From the NCBI RefSeq assembly GCF_009914755.1, contig NC_060947.1: a DNA stretch of 64,000 nt; one strand, written 5' to 3'. A model generated the notes under the pieces. That model did not search any database and was not told where the DNA came from. It was given only the letters and a program-made list of their open reading frames with translations. The translations under genes and the position numbers were made by a program. This DNA is from the human T2T-CHM13v2.0 reference genome, Homo sapiens. Below, one piece after another: positions 43,959-58,819 of the stretch; the first letter of the stretch is position 1; every line of letters starts with the position of its first letter.

Positions 43959-44322
43959 GTATGATAAATTATGGAGATGTGACTAGACCAAGGAAAAGGG
44001 ATTTGGGCTTCTAGGAGTAGTTAAATTATGGGAGGGTAAATATATGGAGGAAACTAATAGTAGATAAAACATGCTTAGTAAGGTTTGGTGTGCAGACTCA
44101 AGTTGGTGCTGTCTTTAGTGATAAGAGTAGTTCTTTTCTTGGTACAAGAGAGGGACACACCATTATAAATGGAAATTTTTGTCCTGCTTCTAGATAGAAA
44201 GAGGACGGGCAGAGAGTTTCTTTTGTGTCTGCTGTTTCTTAATTGACTTCAGCTCAAAATCATCTTTAAGCCTAGGTAGCATATTTGGGAGTGACATATT
44301 CTGATCTCCTTTACTACCTTGA

Positions 44323-44621
<299 letters not shown>

Positions 44622-45085
44622 AAATTATCTTATTTAATTTTCACTTCTTAAATTTCTGCATCCCCCCAACCAACTAGAGTGTAACCATGGTGGCTGGGAC
44701 CTTATCTGGATACCTGGCTCAATAATTATTTGTTGATGAACTATCAAGTGTGTGGTATTTAAGCAAACGTGATTTTGGCCATGATTATTTGAAGACACTA
44801 TATAGGTACTTCTCCTGTTTCTACATATCCATGATTTATTACTCTGAGTCTTAAGAATATTTTATGACAGCTATATCCACTGAAGTTTTGGTGCATTTAT
44901 AACAAGTACTTTAGAAAAGTACAAATAAGTTTGAAAGGACCTGGTCTTGTACCCCTTCCCTTCCCAAGGTGTACCAGGATACTAGCCTGATAAGGGAGCA
45001 TTTTCATGAGGTTCATCAACTTGTCCCTGCCCAAGTGTTCCCCCAGGTATGTCTCACATCAAGTAATGAACAAAAGAATATTGCT

Positions 45086-45386
45086 GGCTGGGCCTGGTGG
45101 CTCATACCTGTAATCCCAGCACTTTGGGAGGCTGAGGCGGGCAGAACACAAGGTGAAGAGATCGAGACCATCCTGGCCAACATGGTGAAATCCGGTCTCT
45201 ACTAAAAATACAAAAATTAGTTTGGCGTGGTGGCGTGCGCCTGTAATCCCAGCTACCTCGGGAGGCTGAGGCAGGGGAATTGCTTGAACCTGGGAGGCAG
45301 AGGTTGCGGTGAGCCGAGATCACACCACTGCACTCCAGCCTGGGTGACAGAGTGAGACTCTGTCTCAAAAAAAAAAAAAAAAAAAA
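45086..45386 (+). mobile_element. AluSc-like
   Basis: AAGAGATCGAGACCATCCTGG diagnostic; poly-A tail. Confidence 0.94.
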
Positions 45387-45644
45387 TTGCTGTAAATTGA
45401 TTAAAAGGGCTCTTCCTTTAAACTTAAAAACGCAAAAATATGTGAAAACAATTGTAAAACAAATGATATTGAAGAAGTCACTTCTAAAGAAAAATTGATA
45501 TGTACCTACCATGAAATATTTTTTGCAAGAAATATTTTGAGTTAATAAAACTCATTTTTCCCCTTTGAATGTATCTTTATCAAGTAGGAGATAGCTTCCT
45601 TTTCAAGCCTACCCTAGAAGTTACAAAAACAAACAAAAATTTCT

Positions 45645-45652
45645 TTTTTTTG

Positions 45653-45683
<31 letters not shown>

Positions 45684-48038
45684 TTATTGATCATTCTTGG
45701 GTATTTCTCGCAGAGGGGGATTTGGCAGGGTCACAGGACAATAGTGGAGGGAAGGTCAGCAGATAAACAAGTGAACAAAGGTCTCTGGTTTTCCTAGGCA
45801 GAGGACCCTGCGGCCTTCCGCAGTGTTTGTGTCCCTGGGTACTTGAGATTAGGGAGTGGTGATGACTCTTAAGGAGCATGCTGCCTTCAAGCATCTGTTT
45901 AACAAAGCACATCTTGCACCGCCCTTAATCCATTTAACCCTGAGTGGACACAGCACATGTTTCAGAGAGCACAGGGTTGGGGGTAAGGTCACAGATCAAC
46001 AGGATAAGAATTTTTCTTAGTACAGAACAAAATGAAAAGTCTCCCATGTCTACCTCTTTCTACACAGACAAGGCAACCATCCAATTTCTCAATCTTTTCC
46101 CCACCTTTCCCCCCTTTCCATTCCACAAAACCGCCATTGTCATCATGGCCCATTCTCAATGAGCTGTTGGGTACACCTCCCGGACCGGGTGGTGGCCGGG
46201 CAGAGGGGCTCCTCACTTCCCAGTAGGGGCGGCTGGGCAGAGGCACCCCTCCCCTCCCGGATGGGGCGGCTGGCCGGGCGGGGGGCTGACCCCCACCACC
46301 TCCCTCCCGGACGGGGCGGCTGGCCGGGCAGGGGGCTGACCCCCACACCTCCCTCCCGGACTGGGCGGCTGGCCGGGCAGAGGGGCTCCTCACTTCCCAG
46401 TAGGGGCGGCCGGGCAGAGGCGCCTCTCCCCTCCCGGACGGGGCGGCTGGCCGGGCGGGGGGCTGACCCCCACACCTCCCTCCCGGACGGGGCAGCTGGC
46501 CGGGCAGGGGGCTGATCCCCCCACCTCCCTCCCAGATGGGGCGGCTGGCCGGGCGGGGGGCTGACCCCCACACCTCCCTCCCGGACGGGGCGGCTGGCCG
46601 GGCGGGGGGCTGACCCCCCCACCTCCTTCCCGGACGGGGCGGCTGGCCGGGCAGAGGGGCTCCTCACTTCCCAGTAGGGGCGGCCGGGCAGAGGCGCCTC
46701 TCCCCTCCCGGATGGGGCGGCTGGCCGGGCGGGGGGCTGACCCCCCCACCTCCCTCCCGGACGGGGCGGCTGGCCGGGCAGGGGGCTGACTCCCCCACCT
46801 CCCTCCCAGACGGGGCGGCTGGCCGGGTGGGGGGCTGACCCCCCCACCTCCCTCCCAGATGGGGCGGCTGGCCGGGCAGAGGGGCTCCTCACTTCCCAGT
46901 AGGGGCGGACGGGCAGAGGCACCCCTCACCTCCCAGACGGGGTGGCTGGCCGGCCGGGGGGCTGACACCCCCACCTCCCTCCCGGACGGGGCGGCTGGCC
47001 TGGCGGGGGCTGACCCCCACCTCCCTCCCGGACGGGGCGGCTGGCCGGGCAGAGGGGCTCCTCACTTCCCAGTAGGGGCGGCTGGGCAGAGGCGCCCCTC
47101 ACCTCCCGGACGGGGCGGCTGGCCGGGCGGGGGGCTGACCCCCACCTCCTTCCCGGACGGGGTGGCTGCCGGGCGGAGATGCTCCTCACTTCCCAGATGG
47201 GGTGGCTGCCGGGCGGAGGGGCTCCTCACTTCTCAGATGGGGCGGCTGCCGGGCGGAGGGGCTCCTCACTTCTCAGACGGGGCGGCTGCCGGGCGGAGAC
47301 GCTCCTCACTTCCCGGACGGGGCGGCTGCCGGGCGGAGGGGCTCCTCACTTCTCAGATGGGGTGGCCGAGCAGAGACGCTCCTCACCTCCCAGATGGGGT
47401 CGCGGCGGGGCAGAGGCGCTCCCCACATCTCAGACAATGGGCGGCCGGGCAGAGACGCTCCTCACTTCCTAGATGGGATGACGGCCGGGAAGAGGCGCTC
47501 CTGACTTCCCAGACTGGGCAGCCAGGCAGAGGGGCTCTTCACATCCCAGACGATGGGCGGCCAGGCAGAGACGCTCCTCACTTCCCAGACGGGGTGGCGG
47601 CCGGGCAGAGGCTGCAATCTCGGCACTTTGGGAGGCCAAGGCAGGCGGCTGGGAGGTGGAGGTTGTAGCGAGCCGAGATTATGCCACTGCACTCCAGCCT
47701 GGGCACCATTGAGCACTGAGTGAACCAGACTCCGTCTGCAATCCCGGCACCTCGGGAGGCCAAGGCTGGCAGATCACTCGCGGTTAGGAGCTGGAGACCA
47801 GCCCGGCCAACACAGCGAAACCCCGTCTCTACCAAAAAAATACGAAAACCAGTCAGGCGTGGCGGCGCGCGCCTGCAATCGCAGGCACTCGGCAGGCTGA
47901 GGCAGGAGAATCAGGCAGGGAGGTTGCAGTGAGCCGAGATGGCAGCAGCACAGTCCAGCTTCGGCTCGGCATGAGAGGGAGACCGTGGAAAGAGAGGGAG
48001 AGGGAGACCGTGGGGAGAGGGAGAGGGAGAGGGAGAGG
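45645..48038 (-). mobile_element. Full-length SVA retrotransposon (C/D-like; subfamily uncertain)
   Basis: (CCCTCT)n 5' end ~48010-48038, Alu-like region ~47610-47975, GC-rich VNTR ~46186-47610, SINE-R ~45690-46185, AATAAA and (AAAAC)n tail; perfect 16-bp TSD ACAAACAAAAATTTCT (45629-45644 / 48039-48054). Confidence 0.98.
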
Positions 48039-48317
48039 ACAAACAAAAATTTCTAAATCAAGACCCATATTAAACAACCAGCAAGGTCCCTCTCATTCCA
48101 ACCCTCTTCCAAAATCATCATCATCGTCGTCGACATTGTCATTGTTACTCAGTAGTCTGCTCTTATAATTCTATTCTCATTTATATATCGAGTTTCAGAT
48201 ATTTGATCTGTTTTTTCTCAACAGGAAGTTATTGGTCTTCACCATTTGTGTGAAATGGGGATAATAATTGCTTTTGATTCATCCATGCATGTATTGTTTG
48301 AAAGAGTGATACCACTA

Positions 48318-48635
<318 letters not shown>

Positions 48636-49630
48636 CTATATAAAGAAAAGGTATTATCATTATGTTATTTCAAGGATATCTGTGTGGGAGAAGGAGCAGA
48701 TGCTTCTATTTCCTCTAAAGATTCCCTATAAGCCATTCCCTATCATCTATATCCCCCAGAATGCATTGATTTTACATAGAATCAAGTAAGATTGATTACT
48801 CCTGAAGATACCCAACTTTAGGTAAAGGAGAGTAGCTGGGTAGTACAAAATCTGAATCAGAACTCATCTTAAGGAGGAATCTGAAGGAAATGAACCTCCA
48901 AAAACAAACTCCAAGTGCCGCCATGAGTCCCCTATCATTCGTCTGCTCCGTACATCAGAGCAGGCTTCATAAAGTCAGCTATATCAATATCTAAAAAGTA
49001 AAGGAAGCCATTACCATGTCTCACTACATTAGAAATCCTCTTTTGAGATACATTCACACAAAGGCCACACTACTCCCCTTGCACAGATTAGAAACTTCTA
49101 GAAACATTGCAATTCTTTTTTGTCACTAGTCTGTTGCTCAAGCTGCTGCTTCTGTATAGCAAATAGAACTTTGGATCCTGCCCAAGACCTCACACCTTCC
49201 AAAGCATCTGTCTAACCTGCAAAAAGAGAACAGCTATTCCAAGAGAGCACCTTGGATTGTGAAACAACATGATGCAGTGTCTCATGTGGTTTGCTTCTGC
49301 ATGGCAAGGATTTGCATCTGTGCCTGTGAGGCCCACGGTATTGCAGGCTCCTTATTCATCATAGCACACCATGTAAGAATTGGCACAGAAGGCCATAAAT
49401 GTAATTGTAATTCAGAGGACAGTTGTGAAGTCATAATCATATATAATAACACCTTGTAATAATGTCACTCCTGCCCCCTTAGGAGCCTCTGGTGCTTCAC
49501 AGACATCTCTTTGTGCTCAGCTCCTGCTCTGCTAACTAGCACTAAGTTTTTCTCACCCTACCTCAGCAGAGGGAGTGAAAGAAATTTTGTCCTCACTCTT
49601 CCTGAGCTGACCCTTCAGAGTCGAGGCCCT

Positions 49631-50225
49631 TGCATTCGTTTTCTATTGTTAAGTAAGAAGTTACCACAAATGTAGCAGCTTAAAACAACACTAATTTATT
49701 AGCTCACAGTGCGTGTAGGTCAGAAGTCAGCCACGGCGTGGCCGGTTCTCGGCTCAGGGTATCACATGGTTGAAATCAAGGTGTTGGCCTGGCTGGGTTC
49801 TTGTCTGGAGACTCTGGGGAAGGAATTGACTTCCAAGTTAATCCTAACTGTTGGCAGAATTCAGGTCCTCGCAGCTGTTGGACTGAAGTCTATTTCCTCC
49901 CTGGTTCTCAGCTGGGGGCCATGCTCTGCTCTTAGAAATGTTCTCGCATTCTTTCTCACATTCTCCCCTTCATCTTCAAGCCAGCTACAGTGCACTGAAT
50001 CCTTCTTGGGCTTGAAATCTCTGACCTACTCTTATGGGAGCAGCCAGAGGACACTATGCTTTTAAAATAAGCTCACCTGATTAGGTGAGGCCCACCCAAG
50101 ATAATCTCCCTTTTGCTGTATAACATAATGTCAGCACAGGAGCACTATCATATTCACACTAAAAGGGAAGAGGATTATACAAGGACAAGGTTTATTGGAA
50201 TCATCTTAGAATTCTGCCTACCACA
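49631..50225 (-). mobile_element. MLT1D-like MaLR solo LTR
   Basis: TTACCACAAA..GCTTAAAACAACAC..TTTATTAGCTCACAG..GTAGGTCAGAAGTC; end AGAATTCTGCCTACCACA. Confidence 0.82.
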
Positions 50226-50686
50226 GCCTGAAGGGATAAAGGTGATAGCAATAGTGAATATGGGCAAATAGAACGTATAACAAGCTTTGAGGGTCACTTC
50301 AAAGGGACAAAACCCTTCAGATCCTCATTTCCCCAAGCCTGTGTACCGCCATTTTTAAAGGATGATATTGAACTCAGTGTATCATTCCAGGCAGCAATAC
50401 TATCTCTAAAAAGTGTGCTTCCCATGGGAGCTTCCCCAGGTCCCCAAAATTCAGGAGACCTGCCCATGTTTACTTTGTCATACAGTTTATCACAGGGGAC
50501 TCTGACAGGCTTTGGTGTGTTCTCCACAAGATTCCAACTTGAGAGTAGGACTGTGTCTTCTTCATTGCTGTATCCCCATGGTGCCTGTAGACAGCAGGTT
50601 CTAAATACATGTCTGTTAAACGGATGGTGTACCAAAATGATAGAACTGTTTTGTGAATCCTCGATGACATCTTCGGGTTTGATCAT

Positions 50687-51065
50687 TGTATTAGTCCGTT
50701 CTTGCACTGCTATAAATACCTGAGACTGGGTAATTTATAAAGAAAAGAGGTTTAATTGGCTCATGGTTCTATGGGCTGTACAGGCTTCTGCTTCTGGGGA
50801 GGCCTCAGGAAACCTACAATCATGGCAGAAGGCAAAGAGGAAGCAGGCACATCTTCACATGGCCGGAGCAGGAGAAAGAGAGAAGGGGGAGGTGCTACAC
50901 ACTTTTAAGCAACCAGATCTTGTGAGAACTCACTCACTATCAGGAAAACAACAAGAGGGCAATAGTCCCCATGATCCAATCACCTCCCACCAGGTCCCTC
51001 CTCCAACATTGGGAATTACAATTCCACATGAGATTTGGGTGGGGACACAAATCCAAACCATATCA
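50687..51065 (-). mobile_element. MSTA/MSTB-like MaLR solo LTR
   Basis: TGTATTAGTCCGTTCTTGCACTGCTATAA...CCAAACCATATCA; exact 5-bp TSD ATCAT. Confidence 0.92.
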
Positions 51066-51329
51066 ATCATTTTTGCTGGCTCATTAACCATTGCTTTTAC
51101 TAGCATGCATAGTATTTATAAAACCCCATTTAGATGGATGAGCATTTATCAAGTACCTATTCTATGCAAAATTCATGGGAGAAACAAAAAATAATGAAGA
51201 TAAAATCCCTGTCAAGGAAAGACTGGCATATAAACAATTAGAACAATGACACAAATCTGACCTTGCCGCTCCCCTGATTAAAACTCTCAGATATCCCTCA
51301 GTTGCACTTGGGTTAAAATCTAAAATCCT

Positions 51330-51627
51330 GGCTGGGTGTGGTGGCTCACACCTGTAATCCCAGCACTTTAGAAAGCTGAGGTAGGCAGATACCTTGAGCC
51401 CAGGAGTTCCAGGCCAGCCTAAGCAACATGACAAAACTCCATCTCTACCAAAAAAAAAAAAAAAAATTAGATGGCCTTGGTGGCATGTGCCTGTAGTCCC
51501 AGCTACTCAGGAGGCTGAGGTGGGAGGATCACTAGGCCTGGGAGGTGGAGATTGCAGTAAACCAAGATCGCACCACTGCACTCCAGCCTGGGAGACAGAT
51601 CAAGACACTGTCTCAAAAAAAAAAAAA
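51330..51627 (+). mobile_element. AluJ
   Basis: Dimer; TSD AAA(T/C)CTAAAATCCT. Confidence 0.94.
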
Positions 51628-51752
51628 CCTAAAATCCTTACTGAGATCTTCAAGACCTTACATGTCCTGGCCTGTTCTTCCCCTCCAGTCCACACTTCCT
51701 TATAGGCCAGCCATGCTAGACACATGTCTTTTCAGATACAAGGCCTTCAAAC

Positions 51753-51958
51753 CAGTGGTGTGCTGGTAAATGTTTAACAATGGGTTCTCCAGAAGAAAAA
51801 TAAACAAACATGATTTGTGGCATTTGTCAATTTCCACAATGCAAATACTCACACTGTGATCAATTTCAAGTTACTAATGTCTACCAGATAACAAAATTGC
51901 TGAAAATTTAACAGTTGGCTCTTGATAGCAGGTTTGAGTCAGCTCCAACACACTACTG
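51753..51958. mobile_element. MER63-like hAT MITE
   Basis: TIRs CAGTGGTGTGCTGG / CCAACACACTACTG; perfect 8-bp TSD CTTCAAAC (51745-51752 / 51959-51966). Confidence 0.88.
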
Positions 51959-51990
51959 CTTCAAACATGTTATTTCTTCTGTTTGTTCCC

Positions 51991-52499
51991 TGTACGAGGT
52001 TGAATAGTGTTCCTCTAAATCACGTCCACTCAGAACCCCAGAATGTGACCTCATTTGGTGACTGCATGCCATGTATCTGAAAAAAATAAAATTTATTTCT
52101 TAAAAAGAATGTGACCTCATTTGGAAATAGCATCTTTGCAGACATAACTAATTAAGGATATCGAGATGAAATCATCTTAGATTTAGGGTGGGCCCTAAAC
52201 CTAATAATTGATGTCCTTTTAAGAAGAGGAGAGGACACAGAGACGCACACACAGATAAGTAGGCCATGTGGAGACAGAGATTAAAATTATGCTGTCATAA
52301 ATCAAGAAATGCCTGGAGCTACCAGGAGCTGGAAGAGGCCAGAAAGAATTCTTCTGCAGAGTCACAGAGAGCATGCATGGCCTTGCTGCACCGTGATTTC
52401 TGACTTCTAGCTGCCAGAACTGTGAAAGAATAAATTTCTTGTGTTTTAAGCCACTCAGTTTATGGTATTTTGTTACAGCAGCCTTGGGAAACTAATACA
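51991..52499 (+). mobile_element. MLT1B-like MaLR solo LTR with a small internal insertion
   Basis: TGTACGAGGTTGAATAGTG..GAATGTGACCTCATTTGGAAATAG...GGAAACTAATACA. Confidence 0.88.
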
Positions 52500-52533
52500 T
52501 CCTCCAAATTTGATCTTAGAAAATCCCTTTTCA

Positions 52534-52953
<420 letters not shown>

Positions 52954-53089
52954 TCATAACAAAATATGGGAAGATAGGTACATAGATAGATGGAATTTTT
53001 TTCCATGCCTTTTTTTTTTTTAACGTGTCATGTTTTACCCCACTTGACACGAGGGCAGGGAAGGGACCTGGATCTTCTTCAATGCATAT

Positions 53090-54325
53090 TCCCAATCCTT
53101 ATGGCAGAGTTCCTGTACTTAGTACTCTTTCTTTGTTCTCACTCTCTCCTGGGTCTCCTACATCACCATCTGCTCCTCTCAGTATCCTTTGCTGTTTCCC
53201 TTTCATCTCCCCAGCCATTAAACGTTAGAAGGTCCCACAGCTCAGTCTTCAGACTTCTTTTCTTCTCTATCCACATTTACTTCCTAGGTAATTTCATCTT
53301 GTTTCATGGCTTTAACTGCCATCTGTATGCTGACAAATCCCACATTTATATCTCCCCTAAACTATAGAATTGTCTATCCAAGATGCCTACTTGTAATCTC
53401 TGCCTCTGGGTCTGTTGGAGTGTTTTATTTCTTAGTCTCGATGCAAATTACAGGTGCAGTTGTTTTGTGAAAATTCGACAAGCACTTTTCTGCTAGAATG
53501 TGATATTTCAATTAAAAATTATTTTTAAAGTAAAAAAGTTATTAACAAGTCCCAAAGCAAAACTCCTAATCTTGCCCCCCTTGCCTGTTTCTTGCACCAC
53601 CTACCCCATGTTGGTATCTGGAAACTCCTTTTTTCCACCTACTCAAGGCAGAAACATTGGAGGCATCCTTGACTTCTGACACCCATGTCCAATCCATCAA
53701 TTCTGCAATTATGTTCTTACTTCAAAATATATCTAGAATATAACCACTTCTTACCACTTCCCAGTGCAAAACATCATTCTCTTCTCCCTTCACCAGTCAA
53801 CGGTCTATTCTCAGCACTGCAGCTCCATCACTCCCCGGCTGAACACCTCCCAATGACTTCACTTCCCACTCAGAGTAAAAATCCAAGTGCTTTTCAGAGC
53901 CTGATCCTATCCCCTTATGCTTTTCCCCTCACTCACTCCACATCACTGTCCTCCTTGCTACTCCTCAAGTGAGCCAAGCACGGTCTTTTGTATTGTTACT
54001 CCCTCTGCTTAGAATTCTCTTCCCCAAAATATCTGCCTAGCTCACACCCTCCCTTCCTTAAGGTTTCTGCTCAAATGTCACTTTCCCAGTGAGGCATCCT
54101 CCAACCACTCAATACAAAATAGTAACCCACTTCTCCCTGGCACTCGTTAACTCCCTTCCCTTGCTTTTTCTTCCTCCCAATACTTATTCATTTATTGTCA
54201 TGTCCACCCACTAGAGTAATAACCTCCATGAGACTGGAGACTTTATCTGTTTTGTTCACTGTTCTATCTATCCCTAGGCTTAGACCAGTGCCTGGTACAT
54301 AGTAGGTACTCAACAAATAAATGAA
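53090..54325 (+). mobile_element. L2 fragment with an embedded old L1 3' scrap (~53410-53540)
   Basis: GCCATCTGTATGCTGACAAATCCCACATTTATATCTC (L2 RT YADD region); terminus GTGCCTGGTACATAGTAGGTACTCAACAAATAAATGAA. Confidence 0.78.
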
Positions 54326-57092
54326 CTCAGAGGGTAGAATTAACTAAGTGTTAGAATAGATGCCTGATGAAACACTCTTGAGAATATTGAAGAGGAAGGA
54401 ATTTATTCTAGAACCTGTGAAGGGGTTAGAAATCAATAATACCTCACAAAGAAACTGATATTGAAACACAGTTATGGAAAATGAATAGGACTTTCATTCT
54501 TTGAGAAAGGATAAAGGACAGTCTGCAATTCCCATACAAGCAAAAATATTATTATTTAAAAATAAAATCCAAAAATAAATGAAAAGAAAAAGAGGAATCA
54601 CCTCACCTCATATTATAAACCAGGACCTTTCCCCATCAACTGTGGGACTAGTTAAAAATATAGGGTAAAACTTTTGCTGGATTAAACAATCTCAAGTAAT
54701 ATGTCCTTCTTAACAGAATCTGTTTAAGAGTAAGGAATTCACTAACTTAACTGTTTGTTAAAATAAAAACATTAAAATTTCACCAGCAATGCCTCTTGAA
54801 ATCCAGTTGATAAGCCCGCCTCAATCTGGTTTCAGTTTATTCTAAGCCTGTGCTTATAGGTATAGGAAAGCAAGTTTTTTGACTACTGGCTTGAATGGTA
54901 GTTTCTTATAATAAAACTAGGTTTACACAATGAAATTTCAAGAACATTTTTAAACAAGTCTATTCCACTAAGATAAGATTTCTAAACCTAACACTGTAAA
55001 AGCACACAAAAGTGACTTATTTAATTTTGTATGTGCTTCATGTGACATAACATGTATCACTTAATAACAGAGTGGCAAATGGAATTTCAACACTTCTTTG
55101 TTGTACTACTTTTTGTAAGAAAAGGAGCAAAATATTGTACTGAATGAATCTAAAGTAGAATTCATTCAACAAACGTATGGCATCAAAATTTGTTTGGTAA
55201 AAACAAAGGCAATCTTGCTCAAAAGACAAAGCTGTACATTCTGATATTCTAGTCTTGGTTTTGCCACTTATTGGATTGTGCAAGTCAGTGGGCCTCATTT
55301 GATCCACGCTATTTACAAAGTCAATTTCTGCTCTCATGTTGTATCTGTAGGAGGTAATGCATTTGGAATTAAATCAAGCCGTCATTACGGAAGCTTAAAT
55401 GTTTTGAAATGCTAGTGCAAAAAAATCATACACTTTCCCAAGGTAATCTGAGATTCAAGAGGAAGTTATTTGAATTGGTACAGATTCTGATTTTGATATA
55501 CCTATGGCCTTACACCATAGGTCATTGTTTCTCTGGCTATATTCTCCCTCCCACAATAAACCGTGGAATGTTCCCATCCATCATTCAAATTTTAAAATAA
55601 TCAATTTATAAACCCAGTAAATAGGTTATGAACCTGAGAACCCCTATAAGTTCCAAATAAATGAAATGATACCAGCCTACACTCAATGAAGGCCAAATAA
55701 AATTATGAGCTTTCTGTTTTCTCCTGGTCTAGTCTCATGTGACAGCAGAGAGAAAGGGAAAGAAACCGAACAGTTTTTCATCATGTGCCCCTACCAATTC
55801 CCTTCCTAACTGGTGTCGAATCAAGCATAGGGGGGTATCATTCAAGGTGACACTTACTGATTCCCTTTCCTTCTGCTTAGGGGCCAGCACATGCAGCAGC
55901 CTGAAACCTGACCTCAGACACTGGTCTCCTATTTGACCCATGAACCTAGCCAGGGACAGTTCGGTTACACACATTCATGAATCGTGCGGCTATCGCTTTC
56001 CCTGTCACAGCTGGTTAACCTCGGGGAATTACCATGGGAACAGTCTTGTCCCACCAAGCACTCATGAGATCCAGCATAGATACTCTGTACCTGCCCCAAT
56101 TGAATTTCTGGGAAAGTGTGTCTCTTTTCTCCCCCAGCCTCTGTCTCAGTGACAGAGACACTGAGTCTTTTTGTGTGCCCCCTATGGACCCTGAGTCTTG
56201 CACTTCTTTAATGAATTCCAAACCCAAGAAACTTATTTCCAAGCTTTCTAAGTGTTTAGATTTGAACTGGGATCTTTGAAACTTAGAGGTTTCCTCATTA
56301 TATAGGGTTAGGAATTCCAAATATGTTAACCTGGGTGTATTACAGGGGTAACTCCAACACAGAGAAAAGGAGCTTCCTGGATGCCAGTGAACCCAGGGTC
56401 ATGCCAATGGCTTTAGCATGCTACGGTCCCCTTCTAGAAATTCTAGTGTTGCTTCTAGAGAGCTGCCAGGGCAATAGAAGACCCTGACAATCTATGGTTC
56501 CCTGACATTGCCTGGGTCTGGAAATACTCGGCAAACTTGAAGTCTTTTGTTGTTTGAGTTAAGAATATGCTTGGAAAAGTGCATCATTCAGCTCTCAAAC
56601 TAAGTGATGTAGGCTCTAAATAGCTCCCATGACAGTCTGTCTCAGAAAAGAATGCATTTCACAGAAATATTCAGGGACTCCATTTTTTAAAGAGTTCTTG
56701 TAAGCCAGTAAGAACTGAGCATATAAGATATTAGAAAAAAAAAAGGCATGGAAAAAGCTCCTTTAAAAGGCACTCCTGGAAACTTAATGTAATGCCCTTA
56801 AAAAATTACTGCCATCCACTGCAACCAAGGATTTGCTGGAGAAGAGGTCAGGCTTTGGGGGAACTTCAATTCATTTTAGAAACAAAACACAAACATCAAT
56901 ATCAGTGGCATAGATATTTACTTAAGCTCATTGGCATTAATTGGTATACCTTTACTGAGATTTAAATGCCCACAACAAATACTCAATGGCAGCTTTCTCA
57001 GCAAGTGGGACCAAGTAGATCTTTGGGAAACCAGCTACTGCTGTCACACTCAAGGCAATTCTGGAAGACTCTGTCAAAAACAGAGCACATTG

Positions 57093-57443
<351 letters not shown>

Positions 57444-57650
57444 TTAGAAATCAGAAACACAAATCCAGGTCAGGAGGAGAGTTCTTTGCCTATAAAGACA
57501 ACTGTTTTTCCAACAACTGCAGGTCACCAGGGATGGTGGACGATGAAGGGCTATGAACTTCACTGGAATTTCACAGAGAAGACAGCAATCAAAATAATTT
57601 TCTTCTCCCACAACACAGACTTTGAGAGCACTATCTTGCTACTGACTCTT

Positions 57651-58143
<493 letters not shown>

Positions 58144-58819
58144 TCATTCAAAAGTAGAAAATGACCTATTCCCCACAAGATCATAAATTCCAGGAAATGC
58201 CAGGCGCTTTGATTATTATGGCCCATATGCCACAAATTCATTAAAACACAGACCTGTTTAAGTTACAGGAAGCACAGCTTTGTGGAATGAGCACCAGACT
58301 GAGTTCTGGCTTGACTGTTCTCTTTTAAGTGATGCTAGGCGATTTGCTTAATCTTTCTCTGAATTCTAACTCTCCAACTGTAAGGAGAAAGAGAGACAGC
58401 GGAGAGAAGAAGGCAGGAAAAACTTTCTCCATTTCTCTTGCTTATCATTGAAGGATTCTGTGAGAATTGACGAATAGTATCCTTAGAACACTGAGAGGCT
58501 TCTGGAAGCCATTCACATCTTAATGCCACTAACAGCTGCTGCTGATGTGAAGGCATCTTTCAGAGCCGCACGCATGGAGCTTGGTGCATATCCCCATGGG
58601 ACCCCACAGTGCCTGGGATATCCACAGAGGTTCATACTACACACTTCCTTCTTCAGCAAGTCCCACTTGTAAATGATGGTTCATTGGTATTCTCTGATGT
58701 TCCTTGTGTAGGAGGTAGAAGCTGACTGCTTATTTTTAAAATAATTTCTTAAGAGAGATTAAAAAAAAATCAAAGCATTTTAACTGGGGAAAGGAAGGGA
58801 AAGGAAACATCTCATTCAG

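Noticed and set aside
46186-47610. CpG-island-like GC-rich block
   Set aside because: It is the SVA VNTR, not a gene promoter island.
45989-48168. Long Pro/Gly/Arg-rich ORFs (up to 269 aa) on both strands
   Set aside because: Read-throughs of the stop-poor GC-rich SVA VNTR and Alu-like region, not genes.
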